Shown here: positions 57,901 through 64,000 of the stretch, in pieces | Layout of the letters: each line of letters opens with the position of its first letter | Position numbering within the stretch: the first letter of the stretch is position 1 | NCBI GenBank assembly: GCA_964035545.1 | Contig: OZ037768.1 | Location: forward strand, 12,345,475-12,409,474 | Direction of reading: 5' to 3' | Origin: Bugula neritina | Lineage: Eukaryota > Animalia > Bryozoa | DNA length: 64,000 bases | Notes under the pieces: model-generated | What the model was told of the DNA's origin: nothing | Seen by the model: only the letters and a program-made list of their open reading frames with translations | The model's database searches: none | Made by a program: the position numbers and the translations under genes

Positions 57901-60858
57901 TAAAAGAATAACAACAGTAATAGGTTTATATTTGAAACTGTGGTCAATGCTAGTATTTCTAAAGTGTCTGATTATTATATTTTTATATTTTAGAAAATTA
58001 TCTGTGGAGTGTTTAAATGATAAAGATGTGATATGCAGAATACCAACCCATAGTGATAGCATATTATGTTTAGACTCATTCTTAAAAACCTTGGAATCGT
58101 TTACCCATCTTCAACACCTCAACATCAGCTATTTTCAGTTTGTGAGTTACACACACACTAGAGTTTCTATTCTGCCAGTATGTTTTTGTTTTATTTGTTA
58201 AAATGTTATAATTTGTCTCCCCATGGTATCAGGATTAAGTGGAAAAGCTTACTACAGCTCCTTAGAAAATGTTATGTGTGTAGCACAATGCTTATTCCCT
58301 CACAATTTCGTTGGTATTTGAGACTAAAATATGCTCATTTCGGATTTTTCATGACCAACATACATAATGTGACTATTTGTGATATTCAATCGTCGTAGCT
58401 TATAAAATTCAATATAATATGCTAAATGAATTACAAGATTCAAAGAGTTTGGACTTTAAAAGCTAAACTTCTCAAACTGTGACCATCAATATATTTTTGC
58501 ATCACTAACGATAAGTTGAATATTTGTGGAATATAATGTGGTTAGGACCTTACATTTCAATTTGTACCACAAATGGCTAGTTTTATAAATTTGTAATAGT
58601 TGTGGCGATATATGCAATGATATCTGATGATCAATAACATTTGGAACCAATTGTTGGCAGTAGAAATGGTATTTGTGGTATTTCACAAAAGCACATAAGA
58701 ACAAGTTTTTGCTATGGAGTAGCCAAAGTTACAAATTCAAGAGTTGTCTTTTTTATTTTTTAGGAATCTTCATCTTGTTTGAAAAATATTAAAAAGTTCA
58801 AAGAGCTAAGCACACTGATTATGAGAACAATGGATGGAATCATTTGTGTGGATGGTGAGATCTTTTGTAACTATTATGAGAAATCACATCACGCAACTTA
58901 TCTCTTCTTTTACTCTAGTGCTTCAGCAAATGAACTGCCAACCATAGAAATAGTAATTACAACTGAAATAAATGGACAAGCTTAAAATATTAAATTGATC
59001 AAAAATTAAAATCAAGTTAAGCTACAAATAAAATTAACGGTAAGCAAGCAGTGTGAACAAAATTAGAGTTACCAATGTTTTGAATGGAGCATTGACATTG
59101 GAAATTTAAAATTCAAGACATGATAGTTTTGGATTAAATTTGGAATTAGATAATTACCACTTTTAGTTATAAATAGAAATTAAGGTTAAATTTAGGATAA
59201 ACTAGGAATAAAAATAATATCGCTTGGTATTGAAATTATACAGATATTTATTTGCAATGAACTTGGTATTTGAAGTTGATCTAAAATTGTTGCTCTTGCC
59301 GAATCAAACAAGAATTTGGATAAAATGAAAGCGTATGTTCTAATCATAAAATAAGGGTTGATTTTTAAAAGCTAAATCAGTTATAACTTGGACTAAACTC
59401 ATACTTTAAGGCTAAACTAGAGGTAGGTAAATTTCCAATCACCACTCTCCTGGGTTATGTCTATAGTTGAATGATAATGGAGAATCATTACTTAATATTT
59501 CAGGAAACAGAATCAATGTGCACTTGACTGGCTTGGAGTTTGAATTAAAGTTGCCTATAAGTTAATTGATAAAGTGAGCTTTTGCATATATTTGCTCCTG
59601 AATTGTAACAAACCAAGAAGTTGCATATAATATCTTAGAAATGAGGGTATAAAGACACACTTGGTTCTGAATTGAAAATTTTATACTTAAAACATTTTTT
59701 TTCGGTTTAAAATCGAAATATTGATTTAATATTGCTATAATTTATTGAAATTAATTAAAAGTTAATTTTATTCGATTTTAACAAAATTCTTTTCAAACAC
59801 ATTTCTTTAGTGCTGAGCGATCTAGTGGCCAATCTATCTAAACTGAAGCATTTGGACCTATCAGGCTCAACACTTGATCAAATAGGAGTACCTGTTGAAC
59901 AAGTAATACGTAGCATTGAGAGTGAACCTGCCACTTCTAGACCAATCATTGAGATTGTTATTGGAGGTAAGTAAACTTTCTATTTATATATCTGTGACAA
60001 TAAACATGATAGGTCAGAGTTTGATTAGTGCTTTTCATTTAAATTAAAAGTCCAAAAACTTTACAGTTGAGCTATTTTAATATTTTCAAATTTTCTGATC
60101 TTTACAAGTCATGGGTAGACTGTTCTATTGCATCTTTGTACAGATATGAATTTATGTAGTGTTTTTAGTTGCTATTTTAGTAAGAGGATCGGTAAAACTA
60201 TTACTATCTATACTTTTATTTGTATTTTGAGAATGTTCTACATATCAGTTCCTATCAGAAGGGAACAAAAAGTATTTTGCAAGCATAATTAATATTGCAT
60301 AGGGTGGTGTCTCTATTGGAAAAAAAATGTTATGTTTTAGAAAATATTGATATGATAGCACTATTGCATTAATTATATGTGTACAATATACTACAACTGT
60401 GATACAATAATTTTTTTAATCCTTTAGCAATATTAAAAAAAATATCATGGTGAATTTCTTCTTGTGTTTAAATTTGTTTAGCAATTTGTTTTAGAATGCT
60501 ATTTAGAAATGGCTCAAGATGAAAATTTGAAAATTGGTAGGTTTGTAATTGTGAATGAAAACAGAAGCCTTCCATCGTTTGATGAATGCTCTGAATTTTA
60601 TAACAGCGACAATTCGTTTTATTCCAGCGGTAAGTGTATGTTAAAGCTAGCTCTATCATACCTGAACTATTTAGATTAGCCTATGAAATGTTAACTTTAT
60701 CATTTAAATACTATTAGGGTACTTGTGAAATAGATAATAATTTTATATATCTTCGTTTATTGTTTGTATGGTCTGTAGATTTTGACTTTTACTCAGAAGA
60801 TTCTGAGGACGATTACGATGACTGGGATGAACCTTATTGTGCCTACGACTTCAATTAA
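54974..60858 (+). CDS. F-box/leucine-rich-repeat protein, about 12 exons
   Basis: F-box LNEDCLLLIFDLLSLSDRISCEA/VCTSWNII across exons 54974-55073 and 55225-55434. LRRs CPNLKHLSL, LPQLESLNV, CPSLLKLDI, CPMLKKLSV, FTHLQHLNIS, LSKLKHLDLSG. Phase-consistent exons through 59811-59966, 60495-60629 and 60779-60858 (DFDFYSEDSEDDYDDWDEPYCAYDFN*). Confidence 0.85.
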
Positions 60859-62591
60859 CTTGGTGAGATCTTACATCATGCTTTTATTTTTTATTTTAGT
60901 TGCTTTGATAACTTCCAGCTTTAAAATTCATTATTCACAATAAGCAAACGTGCATAAAATATTATTTGCCATTATAAAAACTTTGTTGGTAATAATGTAT
61001 CTATGTTACTAGCTTACAATAATTATATTCATTGCTGGAATACTTTATTTCTTTGTATTATAAAATTTAAGGAGCTTTATTTAGAATTATTTAATCTTTT
61101 TAGTTGTTGCTATGAAAGTCTGTGTTCAATGCTAAGAATGTGTAAATATTCAAACTCCAGAAGAAATTTTTTTTAAAATAAACTGGTCTAAAAATTGTTG
61201 CATCTTTTCAAAAATCTGCCACTGTGGATGGTCGTAAGGTAGAAACAAATGGACAAACTGTTTAACGTAGAAAACACGATTCATTTTTTTTTCAATCAGA
61301 AATACAATTGATGCAAAACAGTAATCATCTATCAAATTGATATCTGCTCATTTGGAGTGAAAGGTTAGACATAAAATATAATTTTTATTTCGAGTATTTT
61401 TAAGCCCATGATTGTATGTTTGTAATCGTTCAACTGCACATTTATTTGGTTAACCATCAGTGAACTATAATTGAGATTATAGAAAAGCACTCATACGCAT
61501 GATGACTCTTACAGAGGCATGACAACTAAGCACTAATTACAATTTTAGTTTTCTAATTTTACAAATGCATGATTTTTTAAGATTTGTGCAATTATATAGG
61601 TACTATAAGTTAAAGAAGATTTCTCACCTAGACGATTATAGTCCTGCATAGGTAGCCATTAAATGAATTAAAAAATATGTTGTGTTCTATTCAACAAATC
61701 TCACTACATTGGCTAATTGTTTCTTATATATGTTGTAGGTGCTATGAATCTCAGTTGTTCAGAAGTTTATGATAAGCTATGAACATTGTAAAGTTTCCCT
61801 GCCATTAGCATGATAATTTGTAGCCCGGTTTTGTATATATATACTGTTTATATTAGATAGCAATTGTATACTATGCAACCTGTTTCAAAATCATTAGCTT
61901 GTATTTTTATTTTCTGTTATGCGCTGTTATTTTGTTCTCTCAAATGTATATATTTATATTCCTTTATTTAATGGATATATTGGATATATGAATATATTCC
62001 TTTGCTTGGTGCTTTGGGTACAGAGCTGCATTGTAGTTTACATATTCAATAACTGAGGATTGTTGTGTGCTTTAAAACCACTACAATTACCTAAATTTCT
62101 CTTAAACCTCCTTAGAAATATGCCAATAGCTCGATATTTGAGAATAAATTTACCACATTTATAAAACAAGAATATAATGAGTATCTAGAAGTATACCATG
62201 TTTTAAAATTGGATTTCATGAAGTGCCACTAAAGATAAACTGAAAATAAATGAGAGGCTTATTGGAGAGTTAATTATTAGAAAGCTGCAAAAAACAAAAA
62301 TAATTATTGGGGAAACAACACCTACTACAGTTATGGTTAGTGAAGGCTATAATATATGGGAAAAAATAATTGCAGTTTATGCAGTAAACTATACTTGTGT
62401 TTATATAATCCTAAATCTCAAAATTTATCATGCATCATTACCTCTTTCATAATAATGTTTGCTAACAATCCTCCCTTTTGAACAAATTGACGAAATGTAT
62501 GTTAGAAGTCCACTGGTTTTAATAGAATTCATTACAGGGACTGTCGTGATATTATGCGTGTATAAAGCCTCCTTCTTACATGCAAATAAAG

Positions 62592-62596
<5 letters not shown>

Positions 62597-62626
<30 letters not shown>
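62597..62626. repeat. (AT)15 microsatellite
   Basis: Directly visible; borders the Penelope-like fragment. Confidence 0.95.
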
Positions 62627-63341
<715 letters not shown>

Positions 63342-64000
63342 CTGTAGATAGCATTATACGAGTATTATATACAAATTACCAGAATTATTGTTATTTGTGT
63401 ATCATGAAATAGGCCAATAATGGGATGGTATGTGAGCAAAAGCAATAGCATACGAAAACATTAGTTTTACAAAATTCAATTTAAGATACCATTGTTGTAT
63501 GACATCACAATCAAAATACTACCCACAACAAAAACTGCTTACATCATAATTATTATAAGTCTACATTTCTATTGAAAGCATTATTGTCTTAATATTATGT
63601 TGAATGTTAATATGCTTATACTGCGAAAATGATATTAGAATTATTCAGAAGCTTTCGGGCCTCAATTACCAATTTGGGTAAGTTTTACATAAAAAGTTAA
63701 ATAATTTGCAAACTTGTCCAACACTATATATATGTTAGTCACTTGGGTTTAGTTGATTTTGTTCCAATATGAATATATTCATGAATTACATGTATGTACA
63801 CCCTTATATTGACTGCATCATATGAATGCTTGTCACATCCTTTTCAGCTTGGATAATTAAAGTTGCTTGCATTACTATCTGGCAATCTGGCCATATCATC
63901 TTGCCATCATTATAGCCAATCTGGCACGAATTTAAATATTGTCATTTAGGTGTTTGCATACAGTAAAATACACATCAATCTTGTGAATATAGTCCCATTA

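Overview
AT-rich, intron-dense invertebrate animal DNA (possibly lophotrochozoan; organism not provable from sequence). Five spliced genes, all assembled by hand from GT-AG junctions with consistent phases: a 5'-incomplete chitin synthase (+, 197-15878, 28 exons in window); an Inactive/OSM-9-like TRPV channel (-, 16457-~31325) tail-to-tail with it; EDEM1 (-, 33445-39834); a sialin-like SLC17 transporter (+, ~41873-47029) divergent from EDEM1; and an F-box/LRR gene (+, 54974-60858). Mobile DNA includes a full-length but decayed Mag-type Ty3/Gypsy LTR retrotransposon (48932-53813), two MITEs, two tRNA-derived SINE-like heads and a perfect 552-bp (GT)n tract. The most notable feature is absent from the ORF track: a 5'-truncated Penelope-like retroelement between two (TA)n microsatellites, with a degenerate GIY-YIG endonuclease and a minimal hammerhead ribozyme with a palindromic stem III (-, 62677-62721). 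Also notable are a ~165-aa extra loop and a long N-terminal extension in the chitin synthase, and an atypical TRPV pore sequence. I found no clearly new multi-gene system.
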